23,572 nucleotides of DNA from Bdellovibrionota bacterium (GTDB lineage: Bacteria; Bdellovibrionota_C; UBA2361; JBGSMV01). Numbering within the stretch: the stretch's first letter is position 1; each line of letters begins with the position of its first letter. The DNA lies in NCBI GenBank assembly GCA_044356455.1, contig JBIKWF010000066.1, positions 1 to 23,572 of the forward strand. Direction: 5' to 3'. The translations under genes and the position numbers were made by a program. Shown here piece after piece: positions 1-9,031 of this stretch. The notes under the pieces are model-generated. The model had not been told where the DNA came from and made no database searches. It worked only from the letters and a program-made list of their open reading frames with translations.

Positions 1-49
1 TCCCCCCTTCGCACGCTACAAACTGAAGGAACTCAGCAAGCCGATGCAT
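1..49 (-). CDS. 5' start of a gene running off the left edge (MHRLAEFLQFVACEGG...), product unknown
   Basis: The minus strand reads TGA GGAGGAG AT ATG directly after the VWA gene stop. This is a strong SD, and the frame is open to the window edge. Confidence 0.55.
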   Translation of the reverse strand, partial: MHRLAEFLQFVACEGG

Positions 50-58
50 ATCTCCTCC

Positions 59-2425
59 TCAGAAGCGGTCCGGATTTCTGATCATTTCCTCTGCGACACG
101 TGTAAGAACTTCGGCGAAGGACTGGACTCCCCGTCCGCGGTCAGCGCGGTTTGGCCTCATCTTTAGATTCGGATACCCGTGTGGGTAGGACTTGACGACA
201 TCCTCGGTGTCTGGCCCAAGACCAAACGCTACAACTTTCGCTATCCCCTCTTTCCGAATTCGTCTCAGACTCTCGGCAAGCATCTCGGGAATGTTCGAGC
301 CACCATCGGTCAGCACGAGGATAAAGTTCTCTTTGCCTGCACATTCTTTGAGTCTTTGATACCCGACCTCGAGTGCGAGGGCGTCGTTAGTGCCGCCGCC
401 TACCATCTCTGGAATTGCAGCAATGCGTTGCTGAATTGACCCAGGAAGACGGTCTGTGAATGACTTCACGATCTTGACGCCACCTGAGAAGGCAAGAATC
501 TCAATCGGTATTTTGAGCGCTTGAAATACTTCAGATAGAATTACAAGCGCTTTAAAAGTCTCCTCGGCCTTTTCCCCTGCCATGGAACTAGAGATGTCCA
601 CGAGGAAGGTGAAGCGATAGTCGAAGGTTTGGGGCGTAAGCCTTCTATCCCAAAGCTTCATGAGCTGGCGGTGGTCTGCCTTTGACTGCATCGCCGCCTG
701 CAGATTAAGGCGCGTGCCGGTAGGATAGCCTTGGTCCCAATCAGGGTCCTTGCGTGGCCTCAGAAATCGCTTGAGCCGCACATAAAGGGGATGAATTAAG
801 TCTCGATGTTCGTGAAGCGCTTTATCATAGGGAGTCTTAAGCGCTTCGCGCACTTCGCTTAGGTCCTTCAGCATTTCCTGGGTGGCATCTTCAAGCTCTT
901 TACGCTCCGCCTTTTCGCGAGCCTCGCGCTGCGCGCGTTCTCGGCGCTCCTGATGAGCTTCTACTTCCTTCTTGTTAAGCTTCCCCTCGAGTTCGGAGCT
1001 TATCGCATCCTCGAAGCCCTCAAGCTTCTGCTGGGCCTTTCCTCGGCATCTCTCGCGCACCTCTTGGGGCAAAGAATCAAAAAGTTTTTTAAGGGCCTCT
1101 TGGGTATCCTTTGAGAGCTCTGACATGCGGGGACCACTTCCTCCACCTCCCGCACCAAACAACGCAAGTAAATCCTGGAGCGCTTGTTCCGCAGCGACCT
1201 TGGCCTCCCGTGCCTTTTCGTGCGCATCCCCTAGTTTTTTTAGGTCCCCTTGGTTCCCCTGCCCGTCGGCTGCTGCTTTCTCTGCCTCTTCAAGTTGGCG
1301 AGCAAGCTCAGCCTCTTCCTTCGTGGCCCGCTCAAGTTCCTGCCGAGCCGCGTCCAGCGCCTGCTTCATACGCTCAGCATTCTCGCGGAGCATTTTGTCA
1401 AATATTTTTAGTAGCTCGCGCTGAGCGGCTTCTGAAAGTTCCTTGTATTCACGAAGCTCTTTCTTAAGTTGCTCTATCTCCTCGCTTAGCTCGTCCACGC
1501 GCTCGGAGTCTCCGCGTGACTGGGCTGATTTCAGCTCTTTTTGCTTAGCGGTAAGGGCCCTCCTTTTTTCGAACATCTCCTGAAGGAGTTGATTCTCGCT
1601 TTCGTTCGCAAGATCCTTTTCCACGAGCTTTCGCAATTCTGGCCAAATAAACTCACGATAAAGCGAGAATCTCTCGCGAAAGAACTCTATGCGTGTTTTC
1701 CTATCTGCATCGGGGGGAGGAATCAGCGCGGTAAAGCGCCGCACAAACGGAATGATCCGTGTCAGCGTCTTCTCGACCTCTGGTTCGAGGGTTTTACTAA
1801 AGCGGCCCTGGTGCCAATCACGAATAATTTCGGAAATGACATAACCGAAGCGCGGATAGGCCCCCAGTTGACGCGCAGCTCGTTCAATGTCCGGTAGGTC
1901 AACAGGAACATTTTCCTGACTGAACATCTTGTCATATGAAGTGTCTTTGTGACGTTCGAGGCCAGGGAACTTCTTCACCATCCAGGTGTTCACCGCATTG
2001 TCTTCGCAGCCGTTGAAACCGGCATGAAAGCCGAGCTGCTTCATGAGGAGCTCGGCCTCCTCACGTGGCATTCCCGAGGCAACAGGTCCTACTGTGATTG
2101 CACGGTGCGAACCTTCGTGGCCTGCCACGAACTTTGCAAATTCCGGATTCTCGGCAACATGCACCGGGTCAAGGGTGATTCGGCAACGCTCAATGTCAAA
2201 ATAACTTCCCTCTCCCGGCTCACCTATCCGAACGGACATTCCAAAGTCGCTTCCCACTGCCTGGGCTATGACGGTGAGTTCGGCAAGAGTACGCGAGGTA
2301 ATCGTGAGGCAGCGCTTGGGAGCGTCTGAAGATACCGGGGATGATTCCATCCCCTCGGACGGGATCTCAGGCAGCGATATAACAAAGGGAGAAGGAGCTG
2401 CATTCAGTGAGAGGTCGTGATTCAT
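59..2425 (-). CDS. VWA-domain protein with N-terminal HExxH (zincin-like/CobT-like) region and central coiled coil
   Basis: 788 aa. HEGSH plus downstream FNGCEDNAVN; long E/K/A/Q-rich helical middle; C-terminal MIDAS elements DISSS, GGGTND and LTDG. Start codon uncertain. Confidence 0.85.
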   Translation of the reverse strand: MNHDLSLNAAPSPFVISLPEIPSEGMESSPVSSDAPKRCLTITSRTLAELTVIAQAVGSDFGMSVRIGEPGEGSYFDIERCRITLDPVHVAENPEFAKFVAGHEGSHRAITVGPVASGMPREEAELLMKQLGFHAGFNGCEDNAVNTWMVKKFPGLERHKDTSYDKMFSQENVPVDLPDIERAARQLGAYPRFGYVISEIIRDWHQGRFSKTLEPEVEKTLTRIIPFVRRFTALIPPPDADRKTRIEFFRERFSLYREFIWPELRKLVEKDLANESENQLLQEMFEKRRALTAKQKELKSAQSRGDSERVDELSEEIEQLKKELREYKELSEAAQRELLKIFDKMLRENAERMKQALDAARQELERATKEEAELARQLEEAEKAAADGQGNQGDLKKLGDAHEKAREAKVAAEQALQDLLALFGAGGGGSGPRMSELSKDTQEALKKLFDSLPQEVRERCRGKAQQKLEGFEDAISSELEGKLNKKEVEAHQERRERAQREAREKAERKELEDATQEMLKDLSEVREALKTPYDKALHEHRDLIHPLYVRLKRFLRPRKDPDWDQGYPTGTRLNLQAAMQSKADHRQLMKLWDRRLTPQTFDYRFTFLVDISSSMAGEKAEETFKALVILSEVFQALKIPIEILAFSGGVKIVKSFTDRLPGSIQQRIAAIPEMVGGGTNDALALEVGYQRLKECAGKENFILVLTDGGSNIPEMLAESLRRIRKEGIAKVVAFGLGPDTEDVVKSYPHGYPNLKMRPNRADRGRGVQSFAEVLTRVAEEMIRNPDRF

Positions 2426-2441
2426 CGCGCGATCCGTCTAC

Positions 2442-2472
2442 AAAACCCTCTTCACACATGAAGGGGTTTTTT
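2442..2472. terminator. Intrinsic-terminator-like hairpin, potentially bidirectional
   Basis: AAAACCCTCTTCA-CACA-TGAAGGGGTTTTTT: a stem with one bulge and T-runs following on both strands. Confidence 0.5.
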
Positions 2473-2646
2473 GACCCTACGGATCTTAGCGATCGCTACC
2501 GAGCGAAAATTTCTCTGTTACAAAAATATTACAATTCATTTTTTGAGAAAGTTCTTCGTTAGCCCAAAAACATGCATTATTTTTAAAGACCAACCTCCTC
2601 GTGCCCGGTGCGTTCTGTCGAACGATTCGGGCCGCCTGAAGTGTGC

Positions 2647-2712
2647 CTAGCTTGATCATCTCACAGCCCCCAAGGGATGTGAGATGATCAGGCTAGCTAA
2701 CGCCCGGATGGC
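2647..2712. repeat. Twin-hairpin REP-like element, copy 1 (family C)
   Basis: CTAGCTTGATCATCTCACA...TGTGAGATGATCAGGCTAG followed by CTAACGCCCGGATGGC. Near-identical to 23499-23563 (2 mismatches seen). Confidence 0.9.
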
Positions 2713-3242
2713 CGATTTTCGGGCGGTAATCTCACGGACCGAAGGGACCCCATGAGATATAAAGGCTAGAGTCATAAACACCTATCAGGCGACAATCACG
2801 TTGTCCGCTCATTCTTCAGGATTGGGGTTTGGCCTCGCTCCGTCGCCAACAAATTCGTTAAATTTTGCAGAATTTGCTGCTTGGTACTTGATTCAGAATC
2901 TCAATTCCCTCAGATTAAGAGCCAGTATTGGGGGCATTCTAACGAAATTGTTTTATCGATGAAGTTTGCCCAGTACCTATGAATCCTCTTGATATTTTTT
3001 CTTTAAAGCCTCGTAGTGCTCATAGTTCGCCTTTGGGACGGGAAGAACTATTTCCATCCTTTACTCTGAACTTCGAGCATCCATCCGTGTTCCAGGATTT
3101 AGTTTCCCTTCCTCGAATACCGCACGTTCGCCGCCCAGCTTCGCCACATTAAACGACACTTCAAGGCCCACTCACTCCTTTTGTAGTAGGACGCCCCTTA
3201 CGCCCCTCAGAGAAGAGTCAACTGCTCAGTGAGGCTTGGGAC

Positions 3243-4574
3243 ATGATCGCCATTGCTCTCGATCAAAGCGCTAGCAGTGAGTCGCATGCTGAACGAATGG
3301 TTGGGATAGAGATTGAGCTTAGCGCCGTAAAGGAGGATGGAAATTATGCCGCCGGTGCTGCAAAGCATATACTTGCTGGACTTACCCCCGAACTCTGGAG
3401 GGAAGAGGCAGGAAGTGGATCGATTGAATTTGCTTCTGCTCCCGTAGCTCTCCAGTCGGGAGCGATATCGTCATTATTTGCTCAGGCAAGTGCTGAAATA
3501 GGAGCAGCTGCGTCCCTGGCTGCCTCAAAACAACTCGGTCTCATAGGAAGCGGGATAGCTCCTGTGATAGGGCCAAACCAGGTTGAAGAGCCTGGGATGA
3601 GCTCCGAAACTGAGCAGTTGCTTTCCGCTCTCGGCAATGAGGAAGAAACGACCTCCACGTCTCTTGTGAGATCGGTTCATCTTGGCTTCGAAGAGGGCGG
3701 CAGCTTTCAACTAACAACCAAGAATGCCGCGTGGACCGTTATTAATGCGCTCCACGTCACCTTTCAAACGCGAGACCCGATTGATGCCCTCCAACTTTTC
3801 AACGCACTAAGAGACCTAACCCCTCTCATGATGGCGATCTCTTCCAATACTGGTGCCTTGAACGGCAAGAAACTCGACCACCAAGAGTACCGGCCTTTCA
3901 TAATTGCAGGCTCCGAGATCATCGACTACAATCTTGAATCATGCTCGGGCATCGTTATCGAGCGGGCTCAATCCTTGCGTCACGCGTTCGAACTCCTCGT
4001 CCCGAGAGAGCCGAGTCGGGCATGCCCGAAGCACTGGCTGAGCTCAGGCGCAACACCTTCAATACGAGACGCCTTTGAATCGGTTCGAGAGGCAACGTTC
4101 CCAAGCGTTCAAATGCGATTGGGGCGCGCTAACCCATCCACATTTCTTATTGAGTATCGGCCCATGAGTGCCCAACTCTCTGTAGCGCGAAATGTAGCGC
4201 TAGCGGGATTTCTCTCGCTCGCAACGGAGTACTTGATAGCTCATCCTGACTCTCACATCTCAGAACCAACTGAGCTTCTTGAAGATACCAAGTCCGCGCT
4301 AAAGCATGGAATGAATGCACCCGTTCATGCACTCGTCGGCCCACAAAAGGGAGTACTTGTTCCGGCCTATGCAGTAGCATTAGATCTACTCGACCGGGCA
4401 CAGGAACATGGCCTCCGTATGGGAACAATCGGCAGTGAGGATCTCTCCGCCCTTTCGTGCTTGAGAACGGCACTGGAAAGAAGAGAGTCGTGCTCCGACG
4501 TGCTCACCAGGGCTATTTCCGACTTTGGTCCCTCAGAAGGGCTCAAGAGGAATTGGATCGCTCCGCGAGCCTAA
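3243..4574 (+). CDS. Glutamate-cysteine ligase family 2 (GCS2-like) carboxylate-amine ligase, divergent
   Basis: Motifs in family order: VGIEIEL, EEAGSGSIEFAS, ALHVTF, LMMAISSNT, EYR, IEYRPMSAQ. Confidence 0.75.
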   Translation: MIAIALDQSASSESHAERMVGIEIELSAVKEDGNYAAGAAKHILAGLTPELWREEAGSGSIEFASAPVALQSGAISSLFAQASAEIGAAASLAASKQLGLIGSGIAPVIGPNQVEEPGMSSETEQLLSALGNEEETTSTSLVRSVHLGFEEGGSFQLTTKNAAWTVINALHVTFQTRDPIDALQLFNALRDLTPLMMAISSNTGALNGKKLDHQEYRPFIIAGSEIIDYNLESCSGIVIERAQSLRHAFELLVPREPSRACPKHWLSSGATPSIRDAFESVREATFPSVQMRLGRANPSTFLIEYRPMSAQLSVARNVALAGFLSLATEYLIAHPDSHISEPTELLEDTKSALKHGMNAPVHALVGPQKGVLVPAYAVALDLLDRAQEHGLRMGTIGSEDLSALSCLRTALERRESCSDVLTRAISDFGPSEGLKRNWIAPRA

Positions 4575-4581
4575 CCAAGTC

Positions 4582-4619
4582 TCCTCACGACCTTTCTTGT
4601 CGAGAAGAGGCCGTGAGGG
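4582..4619 (+). other. Intergenic stem-loop between the ligase and hydrolase genes
   Basis: CCTCACG pairs with CGTGAGG, CCT with AGG and TTCT with AGAA. There is no U-tail, so it is not a canonical terminator. Confidence 0.45.
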
Positions 4620-4663
4620 ACTCCAGGAGAGATAAGGAATAAGCGCATACAAAGTTTATCAAA

Positions 4664-5431
4664 ATGACTAATTTGACCAAACCAGTGATAGGGGTTGTTT
4701 GCCGCGAGCTATCAGACCCTGAGTACGAGATTCCCGCGCAGGGATGTACGTCAGCCTACCTTGAGTCGATCTCTCAAGTGGGCGGAATCCCGCTGCTCAT
4801 CCCCCTCTATTCCGATGCAGAATTGGACATTCTCCGTGTGGCGAGTTTATGTGACGGAGTGCTTCTCGCAGGAGGTGAAGATGTCAGTCCAGAACTCTAT
4901 GGTGCCTCTCGTCATCCTGCTCTCGGAGTAACATCACAGCGGCGCGACGCTGTTGAGCTGTCCATTTTTAAGAAAGCACGAAGCCTCAAGAGACCAATAC
5001 TTGGAATATGCCGAGGCCTGCAGCTCATGAACGTAGCGTTGGGAGGCACTCTATTTCAAGATTTACTCTCGGAACGCGCTACTTCTTTCGATCACGAGAC
5101 CAAGGACAACTGTTGGGAATCCTCTCCCCACCGCGTTTCGGTAGCGGAGGGGAGCATTCTCTCCCGCACGACTCAACTCAGCAACTTTCCCGTGAATTCT
5201 ATCCATCATCAGGCAATCAAGGCCTTGGCTCCCGATCTTGCCGTGGCAGCCCGCTCTGAAATCGATGGAATCATAGAAGCAGTTGAAATCCCCGGTGATG
5301 AATTCAGTATGGCCGTACAATGGCATCCAGAGATTTTTACCTCGAGAACTGGTACTCAAGAGTCCTTGGTTAGCCTCGCGATTTTTGGGGCCTTCATCGA
5401 GGGCGCACGAAGAAGTGCCTTACGCAGGTAG
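4664..5431 (+). CDS. Gamma-glutamyl-gamma-aminobutyrate hydrolase family protein (peptidase C26, PuuD-like)
   Basis: KPVIG, DGVLLAGGEDVSP, LGICRGLQLMNVALGGTL (catalytic Cys), VNSIHHQAIK, VQWHPE (His/Glu). Confidence 0.93.
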   Translation: MTNLTKPVIGVVCRELSDPEYEIPAQGCTSAYLESISQVGGIPLLIPLYSDAELDILRVASLCDGVLLAGGEDVSPELYGASRHPALGVTSQRRDAVELSIFKKARSLKRPILGICRGLQLMNVALGGTLFQDLLSERATSFDHETKDNCWESSPHRVSVAEGSILSRTTQLSNFPVNSIHHQAIKALAPDLAVAARSEIDGIIEAVEIPGDEFSMAVQWHPEIFTSRTGTQESLVSLAIFGAFIEGARRSALRR

Positions 5432-5487
5432 TTCAAGAACCACACGCCCTCGTATGGCAAATGCGCCAAAAACTCGAGAAGTAATTA

Positions 5488-6312
5488 CTACTTCTGCTCA
5501 GCCCCTCGCCCACTTAGCATCTTGGTAATTGATAACGCACGCTCAGGATTCATGAGCGCAAGAATCTGTCCAATTCTCTTCTCAGGCATTCTCTCCAAGA
5601 GACCAAGCGCGATATTCACATCAAGCTGCTCAATCAGAGCTGCCGCTTCCGGAGGATTCATTGAGCCGTATACGTTAGAAAGTTGCTCGAGCTGGGAACT
5701 GCGTTTTTTCTCGCCGCGATCTCTGTCGGAGCGAATGATATCAGTGAGCTCTTTAAGTTCGCTCTGCCGTGCCACAAACTCTTTATCTCTTTTCTCAAGC
5801 TCTGATTCACGCTCATCTAGTCTCATCGCACGCTCCTCAAGCTCGGCGCGTCGATGATCAAGAGCGGTAAGAACTGCTATTTCTGATTTGCTTGACGTCG
5901 AGCGGTCGGTCACCCCTTGAAGAGAAGACTTTGCGGCACTGACACTGGTGGTCGTCATCGTAGCTTGCGCTGCCGACGGCACAAGAACCCCAGACATTTC
6001 AAGCGCCGCCACTGCTACTTTGCCAAGTGCAAAAATTCCCACAAGCGCAAGGGCAGCAAAATGTCCACGATTGGGCTTAGTAGGAAGCATGAGAGGTAGA
6101 CCTGGATGTTCATCTGAAGCAACACGGGCGGGAGTGAGGCTCGGTTTAGCCCCAACATTCTTGCCATGGGGAGCTTTTGCAGCGCCGCTAGGAACTGGTC
6201 CTCCGCCCATTTTCTGCTTCTCAAGCAGGGACGCCATAACACGCTGCAGGTCATCATAAATGGCGCCTGCTTGCTCACGTGAAAGACTCTGCTTCTTAGG
6301 ATTGCTGGTCAT
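5488..6312 (-). CDS. MotE/FlbB-like flagellar protein (MgtE N-terminal-like domain)
   Basis: One TM helix, a coiled coil, then LSNVYGSMNPPEAAALIEQLD...ILALMNPERA; located after fliJ. Confidence 0.8.
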   Translation of the reverse strand: MTSNPKKQSLSREQAGAIYDDLQRVMASLLEKQKMGGGPVPSGAAKAPHGKNVGAKPSLTPARVASDEHPGLPLMLPTKPNRGHFAALALVGIFALGKVAVAALEMSGVLVPSAAQATMTTTSVSAAKSSLQGVTDRSTSSKSEIAVLTALDHRRAELEERAMRLDERESELEKRDKEFVARQSELKELTDIIRSDRDRGEKKRSSQLEQLSNVYGSMNPPEAAALIEQLDVNIALGLLERMPEKRIGQILALMNPERALSITKMLSGRGAEQK

Positions 6313-6330
6313 GGCTTCCTCGCCTTAGGT

Positions 6331-6834
6331 TTACTCGGCCTTTCCCTGGCCAAGCGTGTCAAATTCAAGAGGTTCCGCATCGCGGCGCACCTTAGCTTCC
6401 TTGATAAGCGCTCGTCCTGCACGTTGGACCGCAGACTCATCAAGTACTCGTTCTTCCTCTTTTTGGATGCGTTCCATATACTCTTGGAACCTCCTATTCT
6501 TAAGCGTATCGAGCGCATTAGCGTCTTTTGCTGCTTCGATATAGCGCTGCACAGCTTCAGCAGCTTCCGCCTGACGCATAGCCACCACTTCTATCTGCTC
6601 GGCAAGCGTGGCTTTCATGCGCGCCGCATAGCCGCTTCTCAGTGTCAAATCTTCGACACTAAGGGTTTGTCCCTCGACGAGTCCCCCTTTAAGGAGTTCT
6701 CTCTCAAGGCGCTCTCGCTCCGCTTCCGCTTCATGGAGCCTTTGGTTTGCCGCCAAAAGCTCCCGCTTGCGCTCATCCTTGAGCGACATCCGAAAATCAA
6801 GGACTTTTTGCAACCTAAACTTAAACTTCTTCAA
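6331..6834 (-). CDS. fliJ: Flagellar export chaperone FliJ
   Basis: MKKFKFRLQKVLDFR N-terminus and LDTLKNRR...EERVLDE C-terminus; follows fliI; TTG start. Confidence 0.9.
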   Translation of the reverse strand: MKKFKFRLQKVLDFRMSLKDERKRELLAANQRLHEAEAERERLERELLKGGLVEGQTLSVEDLTLRSGYAARMKATLAEQIEVVAMRQAEAAEAVQRYIEAAKDANALDTLKNRRFQEYMERIQKEEERVLDESAVQRAGRALIKEAKVRRDAEPLEFDTLGQGKAE

Positions 6835-6854
6835 CCGGAACCTACCTGTGTCTT

Positions 6855-8210
6855 CTATTCAGCATGGGCACGTGGCGGAGGCGGCGTATCAAGAATCGCT
6901 TTGAGCCGCTTCCAGCTTTCGCCCATCGTCGAAGGATCGCTCGAACGCTGCTTAAGAAATCCAAGTAGCGGATCTATCAGTTGAACCGCTCGATCGACTT
7001 TCGGGTTCTGACCCGGCTTATAGGCGCCAATCGTGATCAGATCCTCCGCCTCACGATACGTGGCAAGAATATCTCGCGCTTGAGATGACGCATTTACCAC
7101 CTCTTCAGGCACAATATCGGTCATGACACGGGAAACGCTTTCAAGCAGCTCTATCGCAGGAAATTGCCCCTTACCCGCCAGTCTTCGGCTCAGCACAATG
7201 TGACCGTCGAGGATACCTCGCGTCGCGTCAGCAATTGGCTCATTCATGTCATCACCTTCGACGAGCACGGTGTAAAGACCGGTAATAGAACCCTTCCCTT
7301 CGCAGGTACCGGCGCGCTCCAAAAGTCGCGGGAGCATTGCAAAGACAGAAGGAGTGTATCCCCGAGTGCTCGGCGGCTCGCCAATCGCCAATCCAATTTC
7401 GCGCTGCGCCATGGCAAGACGCGTAACCGAGTCGACCATAAGCACGACATTTTTCCCCTGGTCGCGGTAGTGTTCGGCAATGGCGGTAGCGAGGAAAGCT
7501 GCTCGAATACGGAGCAAGGGGGATTCGTTGCCTGTCGCAACCACCACTACGGAGCGGCGGAGCCCTTCTTCGCCGAGGTCACGCTCGATGAATTCCCGCA
7601 CTTCACGTCCTCGTTCGCCGACAAGCGCAATCACGTTGATATCACTACTCGTCGCATGTTTCGCAATCATGCCAAGCAGCGTCGACTTTCCTACGCCAGA
7701 GCCTGCCATGATTCCCACACGCTGTCCTGCACCTACGGTGAGCATGCTGTTGATGGCGCGCACGCCAAGGTCGAAGCAATCCTTAATTCTCGTTCGCGTG
7801 ATGGGATTCGGAGGAGCGCGGAACAGCGGAACCAATGTCCCTATAGGCTCAAGCGATCGCTGATCAATCGGCTGTCCCATTCCATCGATGACGCGGCCAA
7901 GCAGATTGTTGGGAACCAGCACGTCAGTCGAAGCACCTTCGGCCGTTATCTTTGCACCCGGAGCAATACCATGCAGCTCACCATAGGGCATAAGAAGAAT
8001 GCGGTCACTTCGAAAACCTACCACTTGCGCAGGCATACGAATGCGCCCCGAGTGAATCATCACGTTGGAGCCAAGTGAGACAAACGGGCCGTTTCCCTCA
8101 ATTACCATACCCGCAACGTCGGTAACTTCACCGTTGAGCTGAAAACAGCTCGCGATATCCACCGCTGCTCCGGCACGCTCGAATACTTGCTGTATTGCCG
8201 CAGTAGACAT
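6855..8210 (-). CDS. fliI: Flagellar export ATPase FliI
   Basis: Walker A GSGVGKST, GERGREVREF, DSVTRLAMAQREIG, VEGDDMNEPIAD, DGHIVLSR. Confidence 0.97.
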   Translation of the reverse strand: MSTAAIQQVFERAGAAVDIASCFQLNGEVTDVAGMVIEGNGPFVSLGSNVMIHSGRIRMPAQVVGFRSDRILLMPYGELHGIAPGAKITAEGASTDVLVPNNLLGRVIDGMGQPIDQRSLEPIGTLVPLFRAPPNPITRTRIKDCFDLGVRAINSMLTVGAGQRVGIMAGSGVGKSTLLGMIAKHATSSDINVIALVGERGREVREFIERDLGEEGLRRSVVVVATGNESPLLRIRAAFLATAIAEHYRDQGKNVVLMVDSVTRLAMAQREIGLAIGEPPSTRGYTPSVFAMLPRLLERAGTCEGKGSITGLYTVLVEGDDMNEPIADATRGILDGHIVLSRRLAGKGQFPAIELLESVSRVMTDIVPEEVVNASSQARDILATYREAEDLITIGAYKPGQNPKVDRAVQLIDPLLGFLKQRSSDPSTMGESWKRLKAILDTPPPPRAHAE

Positions 8211-9031
8211 TAGCGCACCACTTTTATGACATTATCTCGTACGCGATCCCAGGCATGGTCGAGGTCATAGTCCACCTCTCCTGCCGAGGTCTCGACCACA
8301 CAGCCCGCGCGTATCGTCTCATCGGCCTCAAAGACCCAGCTCCCATCGAACTCTTTGAGCATTTTTGAGACTCCGATGACCTCTATGAATTCCATGTCTT
8401 GCTTACTCACTCGAACCTTACGAATGGTAGCACCACCGGCGAGACGCAGAGCTTCCTCGATAATCTTCACGATATATTCGGGATTTATTTCGACGGCGCC
8501 ATCAATTATCTTTTTGCCTACGGCAAGGGCGAGTTCACTCCCGCGCTTTGCGACCGCGACGGCGATTTCTTCGATCTGCACCCGCAGGTCATTGATTACC
8601 GAGTGCACACTCGTTTCAATTCTCTGAAGCTTTTCACTTTGGGTGCCTGCAATTTCTTCAATACCATGCAGACGACCCGCTTCGTACGCTTCCTGCTTGA
8701 TGCGTTCAAGCTCCTCAGGCGCTAGCTTAAGCAGTGAAGAATCCTCCTCTGCCTTTTTCCCTCCCGTTTTCCCCTCATGGGCAAGGTGCTCTGGGAGGTG
8801 CCACCTCTCTGCGTCAGAAGAAACTCCACGACCACCGAAATCTGCGAACATGGGGTCAACCATGGAGGATTCGGACTTCAGCTGAGGAACCTGCATGGGG
8901 TAAAACTCCTCAGGCCTTGGAGGCTCACCCACTACTTCCCAACTTGAATCACCGTAAGGCGAGCTCTTAAAAGTTGCCTGTGATGGCCCCTTCGTGCTCC
9001 CCGACTCAAACGTTCCGGTACCGCTCGACAT
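8210..9031 (-). CDS. fliH: Flagellar assembly protein FliH
   Basis: EAYEAGRLHG (AxxxG/GxxxG repeat) and C-terminal IRKVRVS...ADETIRAGCVVETSAGEVD; TAATG overlaps with both fliF and fliI. Confidence 0.88.
   Translation of the reverse strand: MSSGTGTFESGSTKGPSQATFKSSPYGDSSWEVVGEPPRPEEFYPMQVPQLKSESSMVDPMFADFGGRGVSSDAERWHLPEHLAHEGKTGGKKAEEDSSLLKLAPEELERIKQEAYEAGRLHGIEEIAGTQSEKLQRIETSVHSVINDLRVQIEEIAVAVAKRGSELALAVGKKIIDGAVEINPEYIVKIIEEALRLAGGATIRKVRVSKQDMEFIEVIGVSKMLKEFDGSWVFEADETIRAGCVVETSAGEVDYDLDHAWDRVRDNVIKVVR

Noticed and set aside
2780..3240. Riboswitch or T-box leader upstream of the GCS2 gene
   Set aside because: Several weak stems are present, but I recognise no conserved aptamer or T-box motif; an Rfam scan would be needed.
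7164..8078. 304-aa antisense ORF and the many other overlapping ORFs in the track
   Set aside because: These are shadows of well-supported genes on the opposite strand or in another frame; no motifs recognised.
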